A stretch of 64,000 nt of DNA, taken from assembly GCA_964304625.1 (NCBI GenBank), contig OZ199839.1:1924093-1988092 (forward strand), in the 5' to 3' direction. Below the pieces are notes generated by a model. The model ran no database searches. It saw only the letters and a program-made list of their open reading frames with translations, and had not been told where the DNA came from. The stretch's first letter is position 1. Each line of letters starts with the position of its first letter. The position numbers were made by a program, and so were the translations under genes. Source of the stretch: Kudoa neothunni (taxonomy: Eukaryota; Animalia; Cnidaria). Below are positions 25,777 through 41,672 of this stretch, piece by piece.

Positions 25777-28139
25777 CTTTCCAAGCATGTCAAAAACGAC
25801 TATACAACAAGCATTTTTGGGGTCCAAGGGGACCACAGATTTTTATTGTTTATTTTGATATGTAATATTGTGACATACAATTATATTATTTAAAAAAGTT
25901 TTTTACCGACGCGATAACGAAATAATCATAAATTATGTGTGTGTCGACGACAGTCGAGATTAGTCGATTATTAAGTAATGTCAAATATTTTAATATTCAT
26001 ATAAGTCTTTTTAAGTATACTTTATGATTTTTTACAATGTTATCTAGATACTTAAAAGATAATATAACTTATTTGAATTGCAGTAATATCTTAAAATATA
26101 TGTATTCTTTGTTGGCAACATGATTGCGATTTTACCGATTCTAAAAGTTATTAAATAAAATTTTTTAAATAATTATAAAATATTGCTTAACCGTTATTTT
26201 TTAAAATATGAAACAGTTGGGTAAATCTACTGTTACTGGCACACATACGTCAATCATTAATAATAAAACAGGGATTAATAATTAACTCTCCTTGTACGGC
26301 GCCAAAAAAAATCACGCGGGTGCCGATGAGGTCACTCTCGTACCCCAACATTTTAGAAGATAAAATTTCTTAATTCATCTCTTAGTGTGTCAATAATATC
26401 TCCACATGTATATCTAAAAGTTGATGTTTCCAATTACTTTGATTAATAAGTTTAAATGACAAAAAATTTATATGTATGAAGTATAAAAACATTTTTATAT
26501 ACAAATAAAAAGAAATTGAAAAATAAATGAGAGAGACTGGCCTACAAGGAAAACGCCATCAGCAAAATCTCCGACTAGGTTCGGATCATGTGATAGGAAT
26601 AGATTGTCTTATGATGGCTTATTGGTTTCAACAAACGAACGTTTACAGTGCTGTATAATTATATAAATCATAATATGATTAAAAGAATGAGTTTATCGAA
26701 AATTTAAAATATGTTTACTGTAAATTTCAAATGTTTTGCTTAGGTAATACCGCATGTTGGGTTAATATTGTGGAGTATCGGATTAAATTTCGGTTAATCT
26801 CCTACGTGTTTGGGGAGGTGAGTTATCGAAGCTTCTTCCATATGGTTCAGTTATTTTAAAAAATTCAAAATAAGATGTATTGTAATATGTTGGATGTATT
26901 CTTAAAGTCCTGTAGTGAGCGGAGCCATCATATCGAAACTATCAAAAAAATAACAAATCTGGGGTACCAAATGTACCCCACTCCGGACAGGGTGGGTTAA
27001 TTATTTGATAATTAATATGATCCTTAATTAAGCGAAAAATGAATCAAAACTAATAATGAAGTGTATAATATAGAAAAAAATATAGTTCTCGAATGTTTGT
27101 TGCAACAGAATTTGGGGCAGCTATAACATTGGTTCTTTGTTTTTGTAACGGACAATCGAGCGCACAAGTTACATCTTTTTTTCGTCATAGACTTCACGAT
27201 TCCATCAGTCGAAATCGGTACAGTTGGGTTGTTGGTGGGCTCCACTAATGAGTCTGCAAGTTGTTCTAAATAATTGCTTCTACAAATATCAGACTTATTA
27301 ACTATCGTTTTAAATGGGTAAAACGAATTGAGTAAACTTATATCGATAATTGTATAAAAAATCACCATAGGCCCTCTTCTGGTGTATCTTTAACGTTAGT
27401 CATAGAGAGGATATGGATCTACCGTATCCACACCTCCCTTGGTTTTGTTATAATCAGTGATAACCTGGGGTTTTTTGTCTTATCTTGACATAAATCGACA
27501 TTACTTGAGGATACAACCAATAAAATGAATATAGAACTAAAAATCTCTCTCGATTTCCTATCTTTAAGAATTAATCCAGTGTCTCGTTTATTATGGCGGA
27601 TAGTCCCCAGAATGGTTAAACCAAGGTTAAGAAATTTGTTTGCCAACGGAACCGAGGTGAAAAAATTGTCACAAACAATGTTTCTTCTAGATCCCTCTAA
27701 ATTCGACGAGAGCTCTAATACGACCTTTTTGCCAACACATTTGGTAATTTGGTTATTGGTTCTTCCAAGATGGATGGAAATATTGTGTGTATAGTTGGTA
27801 TGAGGGTCTGTTAAAAGAACGAACTTAATGCCATAAACTGCAGGTTTAGAGGGCATATACTGCCTTAAGGGACACCTGCCCCTAAATGCAACTAACTATT
27901 CATCAACGGTAAGATCAGCAGAAGGAACTACACACAGCGATAAAATATTTTTCCATATGTTGAAAACATTGGTTACAGGACAAAATTTATCATTTTCTCG
28001 CCTCAGACTCCTTGTCTCATATTCATCAAAGTGGAGAATTTAATTTATTTGAATGAATCTATATAATGGCATAATTCTACGAGATATATCACGTCTTTTA
28101 TTCAAATTCCATAGCTGCCTAAGAGATTCCATTTCAGCC
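25777..28139 (-). mobile_element. Decayed piggyBac (copy E) containing a nested MITE and cut by element F
   Basis: Minus-strand ORFs 27419-27856 (MPSKPAVYGIK...RNIVCDNFFTSVPLA) and 27024-27368 (C-terminal Cys-rich domain). The degenerate end after TTAA 25773-25776 shares AAAAACGACTA...GGGGTC with the ends at 29477 and 33737. Assigning this end to this copy is inferred. Confidence 0.8.
26286..26996. mobile_element. piggyBac-type MITE
   Basis: TTAA on both sides (26282-26285 and 26997-27000), degenerate TIRs (CTCTCCTTGTACGG vs CCCACCCTGTCCGG), subterminal GGGGTAC..GTACCCC palindrome; no coding capacity. Confidence 0.7.
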
Positions 28140-28143
28140 TTAA

Positions 28144-29477
28144 CCTTCCGAGCGCTTTGGGGTCTATTAGACACCTCCCCCGTTTATAGGCTTAAACAAC
28201 TGTAAAAATTATTTTATGCAACATCTCAAAATTAAAGCAGATTCTAACGTATAGATTAAGAGAAAAAGAGTAAACAATATCGGCGATGTTCTGCGAGAAA
28301 TACCGAACACATATCTAGAAATACGAGCGCCTCGGATGATATAAATTACGAAAATTACGAAAGCGATGACGACAAATCCATTAATATATTATAATGTAAT
28401 CATGACTTTTCGAAACATTTCGAATTCTATGATAGTAATGTTGACTCTCCTAATATATATTCAGGCAAAAATGGTGTAATGTGTTCCATTGGAATTCTAA
28501 AAACCTCAAAGTGTGCACAGACAATATTATGAACGATGCCCCTAGTGTTACCGCTTATTTAACTCTTAAAATACAGGAATTTTCGGAGTGCTCGGATATA
28601 TTTTTTCGTGGTGACGTTTATGAGACCTTAATATGGAATACAAATACATTTTCTCTATATCATTACAGTTGTTTCTGAAAACAGTTTTTAAATCAAAAAT
28701 TTAGAGCCTACATAAGTGTACTGATTTATACGATAATATTGAAATCTCGATTGGAGTTTTTATAAACATTTTGGCATAAAGATAAAAGTAGAGAAATATT
28801 TCGAAGTGCCACACAAATTTTAGGAAATTTTTACCTTCTGAATTTTGAGGAAAAGATGATTCATTGGGCAAGTTAATCCTCCTTAAGTCAATTCGGCAGG
28901 CGAATATAATACTTCGTACAAGCTCGCTGAATGACAAAGTCCAGCGTTATATATGTTGCGTATTTAGAATGTAAATTTTTAGACTTTTAATCAATGTTGG
29001 ATATTTAAAATTAAACAGTATAATATTTATTATGCTTCTACCAATCATTACTTGTTAACAATCAAAGGATCAGAATGTAACTAAAACACCCGATTCATTT
29101 GTCATTAGTTGTGAGGATATTTTGGTCGATTTCATTATTTGAGTAAGTATAATCAGTGTTCAAAATACAAATCTGTTAGCTTCGATATTCAAAAATTTTT
29201 TGTTTCTTTTATGTCCATTTTTCTATTTATAATATGAAAGATTGTTTATTTATTTAGACGAAAATTTAATAAACGTTATACAAGTCTGCCGAATAGGATT
29301 TTGTAGGATTAACTGGCTCAATGAATCACATTTTTCTCAAAATTCTGTTGATAGAGAATTCTTAAGTTCGTATAGCGTTTTGAAATATTTTTTTATTAAC
29401 TATTGTAAAATAAAAACCTGGGGTCCAAAAGACTCCAAGTTCGTTGGAGTGTAGTCGTTTTTGTGTACCTTAGAGGG
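28144..29477. mobile_element. Non-autonomous piggyBac-type element (F) inserted at a TTAA within the copy E transposase
   Basis: TTAA at 28140-28143 and 29478-29481. The right end is a near-identical inverted match to the end at 33737. Internal ~130-bp inverted repeat (28790-28925 vs 29275-29395). Confidence 0.75.
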
Positions 29478-30273
29478 TTAAGTACGTCACAAGCTCCATT
29501 ATGCGAAAATTTCCCCTATCCGATATTGATGTTACATAATTTACCCCCCTCCGTCATTTATATGTACCCCTAGTTTAGAGCTCGTGCATCAAAGGGCTAA
29601 TATAAGCAATCCATTCATCACTTAAAGTTGTTAACCCTTCAATACCTCATTTAGGATAAAAAGGGTAGAGCATAAAAATTACTTTTCTTAATTTAAATGT
29701 CTTGCTTATTTAATGGTTTCTGATCTCATATCAACCACTTTACAGAGACAAGGCTAACAAATCTGAGAATAATCCATGTGAAAAAGATATTTATATCACT
29801 CTACTACATAGCTTGAATTTATCGGCAAACAAGTAATCACAGTCGCGTATAAAAGGAGCGAATAAAAAATGGTATCCTATTTGTTTAAAATTTTAAAATC
29901 GTTCTATACAATTCTAAATAAAAATTAGAAGCTCAAATAAATTTTCGTATGTTAGATTTGATTTTCACTGTATACCTTGAATAGAAAAAATACTCGATAA
30001 AAACTATTAATATATTCAAACATTAGAAATCTGTTTCTGTGTTTCTATTACTGTTATCAAATTAATGAATATAAAAATTCATAAATGTAAAGATTGACAA
30101 GGTTATAATAAAATTGGATGATTTGCAATTATTGGACAGTGTCAAATAAAAAAGAAATTCGAATGACCTAGTCGTAAATATATGAAAAATTGAGGGCGGA
30201 AAAAATTAAATTAGAATAAAATAAATTGTAACAGATGAAAACCAAAAATTAAATAGTGTAAATAAGAGGTTTC

Positions 30274-30368
30274 GATAAAACCAATATTTCAACAAGCAAG
30301 TTCAGAAACAACGGACCATTTGATGGTTTATCGCCATATCATCAAGGATAAAGAATGTTATCTTTATC
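30274..30368 (-). promoter_or_regulatory. Candidate form-2 SECIS element in the TGR 3' UTR
   Basis: The mRNA reads U-UGAU GAUAUGGCG AU AAA CCAU CAA AUGG UC CGUUGUUUC UGAA. This gives a UGAN/NGAN quartet, a 9-position upper stem (8 pairs incl. G-U), AAA 12 nt after UGA, a CCAU/AUGG mini-stem and a lower helix GAUAAAG/UUUUAUC. It lies ~240 nt downstream of the Sec codon. Confidence 0.78.
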
Positions 30369-30577
30369 AGCTTGTTTTAAATCGGTAGTTTGGAAATGGA
30401 ATTCCAAAAGTAATTAAGCTGCTGGAATGAGTCTTTTCCTTACAAGAATATAATTTGAAACTATATCATAAACTGTATTATGTGATCTATTCTAGTGGAT
30501 CATACCAATAGACCAACAATCTAATCTATGCAATGAGTGAGTGAGTGGACTAACAAGGAACTGACTCAATCAGCAGC

Positions 30578-32946
<2,369 letters not shown>

Positions 32947-33736
32947 GTTAAATCGTCACGCCTACTAGACCTATTCTAACTGGTAACCAACCATATATTC
33001 AATAAACTAATTGAATCAATAATCAATTGTGTTTCATATTTAACTATTAATTGTGATAACAATCAAAGTTGTTTAGAAAATCAAAAGCCTATTTTCATAC
33101 CATAGACTTTTATTTTTGGAACCGAAGCTACTTGAGAATTTTTCCAATTATATATTTTTAAGAAATTGGTTTTATAGATTTTTTACCTTTGACATGTCGG
33201 AGAACTATAAAAATAGGCTTAAAATTTCTCGAGGGTGTCAATTCGTGATTAGGGGATAATCATATTGTTGTTATTGTCAAATCAATTCGGCTGATTCTAA
33301 TAATTTTTCATGATTGTATTTCGAAGTATGTTAAAACCTATTTTTTAATCAAAATTCTATTTTATAATCTTATTATATTTGTATTTTTCTCCGGTCGGGC
33401 GTGCGCAATATTTATCTTAATCAATGTAGTTGTTGCAGTAATCCACCAATAAAACAGCTGTAATTCTAAGATTAGTTGATTGTGGACATTATTCTATTAT
33501 TCCGGTCACAAATATCGAACGGATAATATGAAGTGCAACATATATGGGGTAATTGCGGTAGTATATTTTGATACGCTGTTTCAAATAGGTTAATATTTGA
33601 GAAAAGGTAACAAATTTCGTAAAAGTGAAACGAATACTAAAGCCGAAATATGAAAAAGTGCTTATAATATAATAGGACAACGAGTCTGTTTAAAATAAAA
33701 AACCTATAAATATGCCCCAATCCTTGCTAACTTTAA

Positions 33737-34455
33737 CCCTCTAAGCTACATAAAAACGACTACATCCCAACGAACTTGGGGTCTTTTGGACCCCAGGTTT
33801 ATATCTTACGATAGTTAACAAAATATTTCAAAATGCTATACAAATTTTAGGCAATTTCTACCAACAGAAATATGGGAAAATACGTGACTCCAGAAAAACA
33901 CCATCTTGCGTACGCTTTTTCTTTTACGATTATCAATAATAAATCCAAAGAATATTGAGCTCAAATAAATTACTTCTAAATTTACACCTAATTCCTATTC
34001 GACTACAGTCGGATACACGTGTCATCTACATCGTTTTGCAATAAACACCGAAAATTAGCTCATTATTTACTTATTTCTTAAATTATCTATAATTTATATG
34101 TTATATCAATTTTGATAAAAACGATATTAAATTTATCTGTATTTACTTACCACGTAAAAATCGCGACAATGGAGCATTTAAGTTTCCGAGGCGATGATGA
34201 CTTTTTCTGTTTAATTAATGATCATGATAGGTTACTCTACAAATTAGTAACAAAGGGTCAACTTAAAGTTGCTACAAAAAGATGCTTTAATTGTTAGAAT
34301 TTTGAAACTTTTACTTTAAAAAAGAGAAAATTAAATGTAAGGAGATCAATGACAGTAACTTCATGTTATGGGAGAAATCACATTGATTGTGTCTTCACTT
34401 ACAGATGTAAAAATTACTTATCTTCTGCGGAATAACGACCTAAGGTAGTTGAGGG
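33737..34455. mobile_element. piggyBac-type MITE related to element F
   Basis: TTAA|CCCTCTAAGCTACATAAAAACGACTAC... is near-identical to the reverse complement of the 29477 end; degenerate opposite end GTAGTTGAGGG at 34445-34455. Confidence 0.6.
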
Positions 34456-35803
34456 TAAAACTAGTGTTTTTCACTTGAAACGGTATTTTTTTCTCTAGTA
34501 TGACTTTCTTTAGTTCAACAAACAAATTAACGACAAAAAATATATATATTAATTTATAAAATGTTGTATTTAAATTTGTAAGAAAATTTGAACGATGGTT
34601 CCTTGCCCTAACAATGATATTATTTCAAAGCTTAATTGTATATTATGACAATAATGGAAGATTATTTTATTAAAATAAATATTTTTATCCCAATAAATTA
34701 AATTTGTAATGTACTTCAATAATATATTTTATGTTGTATTAAAAAAATAAATAGATAAATATACGATTTATTATTTGTAAAAGTTCTCCAATTAAATATC
34801 TTCAGATAAATAAAATACATATTGAAATATTTTTAATCAATGCTTTTCTTTGATTTTATAACCAAAAATATCAATGTACCATTAATATAATTATTGTTAG
34901 TTTCAATTTCGCAAGTAATTGATGTATAAAAATTACTTTACTGGTAATAATGTACTAAGAAAAATTTATAAACTAAAATAAACAATTATAGATGTTATTA
35001 AATGGTTTAAAAGTTAATTTGACATTTAGAAATAATTTGTTTGAACTCAATATTCGCACTCAGTATTCTTTTGATATATTATTGATAATCGTAAAAGAAA
35101 AGACGATTGAAAACGGACGCAAGATGGTGTGTTCCTGGAGTCACATACTTTACCATTACCCTAATGTCATTTATTTACATTAAACATTGTTTCTTTCTCG
35201 TGTAATTTCCTTTTTTAAATTAATCTAAGCATATAAATACATTAAGTTAAAATATGAAGTAGTTTCATATTATTTGAAAAATAATGAGATCCCTCAACTT
35301 AAGAAATGTAAATTTTTTATTTGAGCAAATAAAATTAAAGTTTTACCACGATGAGATTAAAACGTCTCACATTTTACGAAATTATAAGAAATTTTGATTA
35401 AAGAAACTAAGTGTACAATGAATTTAGGAGATAATCCACCCTGGAATGAAAAGTTAAATCAATTGTATATGAGGAATAATTCGGAAAAAATATATCATTC
35501 TACTCCAAACTCTGACCATATTTTTTATTAGGAACCGGATCCTTATAATAAAGGCAATTATACCCATTAGATATTCCAATATCCATATAAATTTGTATTC
35601 ATTATTTTTATTTTGAATTCATCGAAATTTTAATATGAATGGAACCGAAGCAATATTAATGATTTATTTTCCTAATAGAAATGTATTCTAATTTAGAAAT
35701 TTAGGTGTATTGTGATTTGGACTCAGTAAAATGTCTTTTTTTGAAAAATTAAATGTAAAAACAAAATGGAATTAGGAATATGTGTGCTTAGTATATAAGA
35801 TGA

Positions 35804-38800
35804 TCATTCGAATCTTTCGGCAACAAATGTTCTTGATAGGAATCCAAACTAAATAGAATATAATTAGAGCAATAATTTATTTAGAAAATAACTCTGTAGA
35901 GTAGGAATGCGGCAATCACTATTAGAACACTTGCAGCTAAAGCGGTGACTCCGTAAACCCATTTAGGCACATTGACTACTCGGTTGGAGACACTGACCGC
36001 TGAAAGGTGTTGAACGGTAATCACAGACTAAAGTGAGCGTATAAAGTGGTGATAATGTGACAGATTGTTCCTACGTCAGTATAACCTTTGTAGAACATAG
36101 TGTATTCATCATCATTGTCAATAATGAGTTTAGTGCGCAATTTGAATGAATAAGCTGAGTCTTGCAGATATTGAGTCTAAGTTGATAACAATTAGATTAT
36201 CCAAAACCATCCGACCTAAATCGAACTACAGATAGAATTTGATTTGTCAAAAATGCTGCTGTAATGTTGAAGACTATTTGGCTATTAACTTTGATGGTAT
36301 CAAATTCACAAGCTATCTTGAGACATACACCAATAGGGCATTCCTAAATATTTGATTAGAATGAATATCATGTTTCCGCATACATAGGTTCTTTCATGGA
36401 CAATTCTGGAATTCTGTATTGCCTCCGGGTAGTCGAACAGAAGCTAAAACATTATTGATCAATGGCTGAGAAGGGAATTAATTACTGAGGTGTCTATACT
36501 ATTTGTTTTATCACATTTGATGGTTGGTTCATTTTCCTATAATGAATTCCATGTCAGTAACTATCATTAATAATTTAGGTTTACCATATGACCTTTAACA
36601 TACAACAGTTGTTTTCCTTTATAAGCTACTGGAATGACCACTTCTATCAGGCCGCTATTAGAATCATGATAACCATAGTTTTGTACCTGAATAAATTTAT
36701 AACATTAAATCAATAAATGAACAATAAACGTGGCTGGTAAATTACAACGAAGGTGTTCCTGAAGGTGTAAACAGAATCGTGTACTTTAGTTGATGAGGAA
36801 CTCCCTTGATCATTATTCACGTCATAGAACTCATTGAATGTAATGGTTCTTGGTGTGAGAAATCTTAAACATTATAAAATAAATTTAGTCTCGTTAAGAA
36901 TGAATAAATTATTAGTGGGATTGAAATATGGATAAAAAATGGTTTAAGAATGCGATAAATTAATATTTAATATAGTAATTAATACGCAAAAACGAAAATC
37001 AATTTCTCATCAAATTTCTTATTATTATTTAACAAACATTTATCGCATTTTTATTAAAAAATTAACTTAAATATAAAATACTTTTTTGTAAAATAAACGT
37101 GTTTGATGAGTTTTTAAACATAAACAATAAGAGATAATATAATAAATAATCTTATAAATTATGCTTATTATCAGCAAAATTATAGATGACAATAAAATTT
37201 AGGAGGTTTTAATGAATGATATTTATATGAAAATTCGTAAATAATAAATCTAGTTAGTGTTATTTTTAATGATTTGAAGGAAACAAACTAATACGAGAAA
37301 GAAATCATAAATACCACAAAAATCAAATTAAATGTAATAAAAAAATCTATAAAATACCAATTTTATATTATAAAAGCATTCTTGTTTCATAGCTATTTAT
37401 TAATATCATCCTTATATTATTAAATTAATATTTGTCCAATGTTAAATAAGGAATTTCATATATATAAGTATTTTAGATATTAAGTTAAATTATTTCGGAA
37501 TACAAAATTAATCATAAATAATTTTTAATGTATAAAGTAAAATAAAATATTTACAAAATATAATTAAATTCCAATTTCCGACAACAACATATAAAAAATA
37601 CGTTTGTATGTGTAATAGGGTTTCTTTTTTAAAATTAAATTCAAGCACTGCTCGGTTGTTCGAAGGATCAGTGTCGAGGAAATCGCTATAAAACTTAATT
37701 AATATTTGTACAATTTATGTAATATGAGACCTTTTCACTTCAAAAGGTAGCGTATAATTGGATTTCCTCGATGTTTTATTTTGGTTGGGTTGAAAAAATA
37801 CCGTAAATGTCAGCTATGATCATTTAATATGTGATTATTTAAGCAAAATGTATTACGGATTGATCCTTTCTAATGTAGCTAGATACAAATAAGGTAACAT
37901 CTCCGGTTTTGGGATCTTGTTTATGATGATTAACATTTTTGGTCTATCAGAAATTAACGCTACAATACAAAATAATTGTTCCTCTACCCCAATAAGAGTG
38001 AAATCCATTGTGTTGGTTATTTGAACAGTGATATTTTTGTTTGTTCGAATTTTATTTGATATAGTGAATTCAGCATTAAACGTATCATTCTCGGTGATAG
38101 CTCTCCTAAATTATTTGTGTCACTTTTCAAAGGAATAGTTATTATTCAACATACGTTTTACCAATTCCAGTTTTCAACTGTATACTCAAGTCTGGATAAC
38201 AATTGGAGACGCAATTCTCCTCGATGGTAACCTTTATACGTTATTTCATATGTATTATAGAGTGGTTTATATTAAATAACCTAATTAGTAATATTACCTT
38301 TGACCTTATGGGTACCAACAATTTTCTATTGATGATCACATCGTTACTTGTTGGCTCCATCCTGGTGACAAAGTCTAGCTCGGTTCCCATTTGCTTGATT
38401 GTTCCCTAATATTCCAATTTATTAAATATTTGTTGTTTTATTTATTTAGACTTATTAAATTTTAAAATTACGACAACATAGTCAAATGATTTGCATTTTT
38501 TTTCTTTTGTAGCAGTTATCTGCTCATTAAGGTGTGTGCGACTTGAGGAATTTTCGAACTCTCCCATGTCAAATTCTTCTTTATACTCTTCGTTAATATA
38601 AGTTTCCTCAACAGGAGTTTCAAGCTGAAGAGAAACCGATAACCCTTTTAGATTTAAAGATTTAAAGTTTTGATTGATAATTTAATTTACCCACAATCTT
38701 TGTGTGTCCCTTTGTGATTTGATAACATACTTCGAAACTCACCCTAAATTCAAATATATTTTCTTAAGGTGTCACTGAGACTTACTTTTGTTTTTTTGGA

Positions 38801-40664
38801 TTCGAAGAACTGCCCGTGGTAGTCGGAATCACGATAATATTCTTGGATATTTTTTGGTCGAAGGTTACTTCAACGTAATCATAAGTTGACACAAGTGATA
38901 CTGAACCGATTCCCCCAATTAGTAAATCTAATTCCGAGCATTACTATTTATAATAGAATTTATTTGAAGTTTCTACCTAGCTTATGGTCATTGTTGTAGT
39001 CGAAGATATCCACCGAAAGGCCAAACAAATCAGCATTAGATCCTGGAATTTCTGCTTGGCGAATAGCACTGCTAAGACAGCTGTGGAAACCGTCGACTTG
39101 ATGATAGTATATATAAAGAACACCACCCTCTTCGTTTGGAGCTGAGATTGCGACCTCTGAATAATTTAATAATTTGGTTGTTATTAACAAAAAATCAGTA
39201 ATCTACCATCTAAACCATTTGAGTCGATGTCCTTGAGCCTGTGGATAAACAAGCCATACATGCTATTTAGTTTGCCGTAGAGTAAAGTTGATTTGTAGTC
39301 TGATTTTATTTTCCCCTTCTTAAATGGAGTTAAAAGGGAACAAAAATTAACCAACCTCATCTCTTTGCATCAGGCTAAATGTAACGGATCCAGCATTGGT
39401 TCCTTTTGTGGAGTCGAACGGTGACCCAACAATAACCGCCAAGAATCTAAAAACTGTGTTAAACCGCATCAAATTCCTACAACTACTGTGATTGCTCTGG
39501 TCGGTCAACAACAGCAAAAGCTACACCAAATCCCTTCCCAAACTAAATGGCCATTACAATACTGACAGCGAAGAAAATTATACCTCTCCTTTCATAATGA
39601 ACTCGGGGCTATCAGCGTTAAAGTTTTTGTCCAGTAGAAAGAAATACAACTCTCCCTCACCCAACTCGCCGATTAGAGAGTTAGCGACGATCCCTATAGA
39701 TATTTAACTCTAAAATTCTCATACAAATATACCAGTTTTATTTTCTTCGTTATCTGTGTAATTATATACTTGGAATTGCAACCCTACTTTTTATAAAAAT
39801 AGCATATCATGTGAATAGTATTTCCATATTGTCAAAATTAAATGCAACATTTTACTTACCAAATTTAGGAATTATCTTGTCCGCAGTGCTAACTTTTCTT
39901 GTCAATGTGGACAAGATTCTGTTTTCATCCAACTTAAATATTGAAACACCCCCTAAATAATTTTTAACTTGTTGAAAAAAACTCATTAATATACCAGATA
40001 AGGAGGAGTAGGCTGGGTTGTTAAAAATTAGATGGTTATCCATCATTTTGACTTTATAACCGCTCATTCTGAAAGCATCAGTTCCTAAATTTTTTCATTT
40101 GCGTAAATCATTTTTAGAGAAATACCTAAGATATCTTCAGTGTAGGGTATTGCTTCGGTATTTTTTGAAGATGCGGTTCGTTTGTAATATTTTTTGAATT
40201 CTACATCGTGGGGTGCCCAAATCTAAGACTGGTATAAAAACACCCTCAACACTCAACATATACATAATGAATTGATCTCTCGTTATTTCCCACAATAGTG
40301 TAACCAAAATCGCTTGAATCTGTTACTTCTTATTCAGATATAAAAAATAACAATAATCAAATAAACCTTCGTTTTTCTCAGATTTTTGTTGATTAGCAAT
40401 TGTATACTCATAGACGACACCTTTCCCAGTGGAAGGGTCGGAAATTAGCACAGACCTTAATATAAGAATTTAATTTGCGAATTAGAAAAAATTTTGTTAC
40501 TGTGCATTCGTGAACGAAACAGACACTCCAAAATGTACGGCATTATTTGGTTTGGTGAATGTGATGGCTTTTTTTACATCAAATGATGGCACATTTAGGG
40601 TTGCATTTGTAAAAAAAAGCCCAAGAACAAGAATGAAAATATTTTTATGTTGACGAACCATCAT
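35804..40664 (-). CDS. Integrin alpha subunit (no alpha-I domain seen)
   Basis: Signal peptide MMVRQHKNIFILVLGLFFTNA; FG-GAP repeats (HFGVSVS, DFGYTIV, GFGVAFA...VIVGSPF, EVAISAP, LFGLSVD); Ca-loop-like DIDSNGLD and DYNNDHKLD; TM VPKWVYGVTALAASVLIVIAAFLLYR; tail FGFLSRTFVAERFE*. One long intron at ~36865-37601. Confidence 0.9.
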
Positions 40665-41672
40665 GAATAGCAACAAAATGAGATTATTTATTTGTTACAC
40701 GAAGTGTTTAACAATTCGGGATTTTTGTCATTATACGATGCCAGTAAAAATACTGATAAAAAGTTATAAAATTGATATTGGTATGCGTTTTTTATTTATA
40801 TAATTAATCACATAAATAAACAAATAGTAAAATTTTAAAATATATACATAATTTGTAAAATATATTTTATTAATATAAAGTAAAAGATTATTTAATTAAT
40901 TTTTATCATCAAGTTAAATATTCCCAATGATAAACTCAATTAATTAAGTAAAAATAAAATTACCACCATATATTCAAATTCGTGTTGTTATAATATGGAT
41001 ATTTATGGTCTAATAAATTGAATTTGTATATGTTAATGATATAAATTATTTACTAACGTAAAACTAAAAAAATGTTGAATCTGAAAGTTTATGAAGATAT
41101 CGGAATGGATCGGTTTTAATATCGAATGAATAGCGAATACCGTTTATTGAATGTAATATTGCTATTGTATTAATAGAGCGACTTAGATGCCGTAATAATA
41201 GTAATAATAGTCTAAATATTACCGATTTATGCCTTGTTTTAAATAATTACTTAAGTGCCTGCAAAAAATGAATGCTAATAGAATAGATGTAAATATATAA
41301 TAAAATTCAAATTAACAATGAAATAAATAATGAATTTACTATCGTCTCATTTCATTAAAAATTTTCCAGGATTCTACGAAACTTATATTAAAAGAAAAGA
41401 AAAATAAAACAGGTTGTCTAATATATCATAAGAAGATAACAGGTATATTTGAGTGTCTAATAAATTTTCCAGGCAGTATATAAATATTAACAAATATTTC
41501 ACTTTATTTTTATAAATTAAGAAAAACTAAAATAAAAATATTGAATTTCATTTTAATAAATAAATAATCAAATTATTTATCTTAAAATAGGGGAAAAATT
41601 TAATATATATCATTATAGGATATACTTTTATAAAATACTCTTTTGTCGACTTTGCTTAATTCTTGCGGAGAA

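Noticed and set aside
35700-35765. Alternative integrin terminal exon encoding FFKKRHF...
   Set aside because: No AG acceptor in a usable position and an in-frame stop immediately upstream; probably chance in T/A runs.
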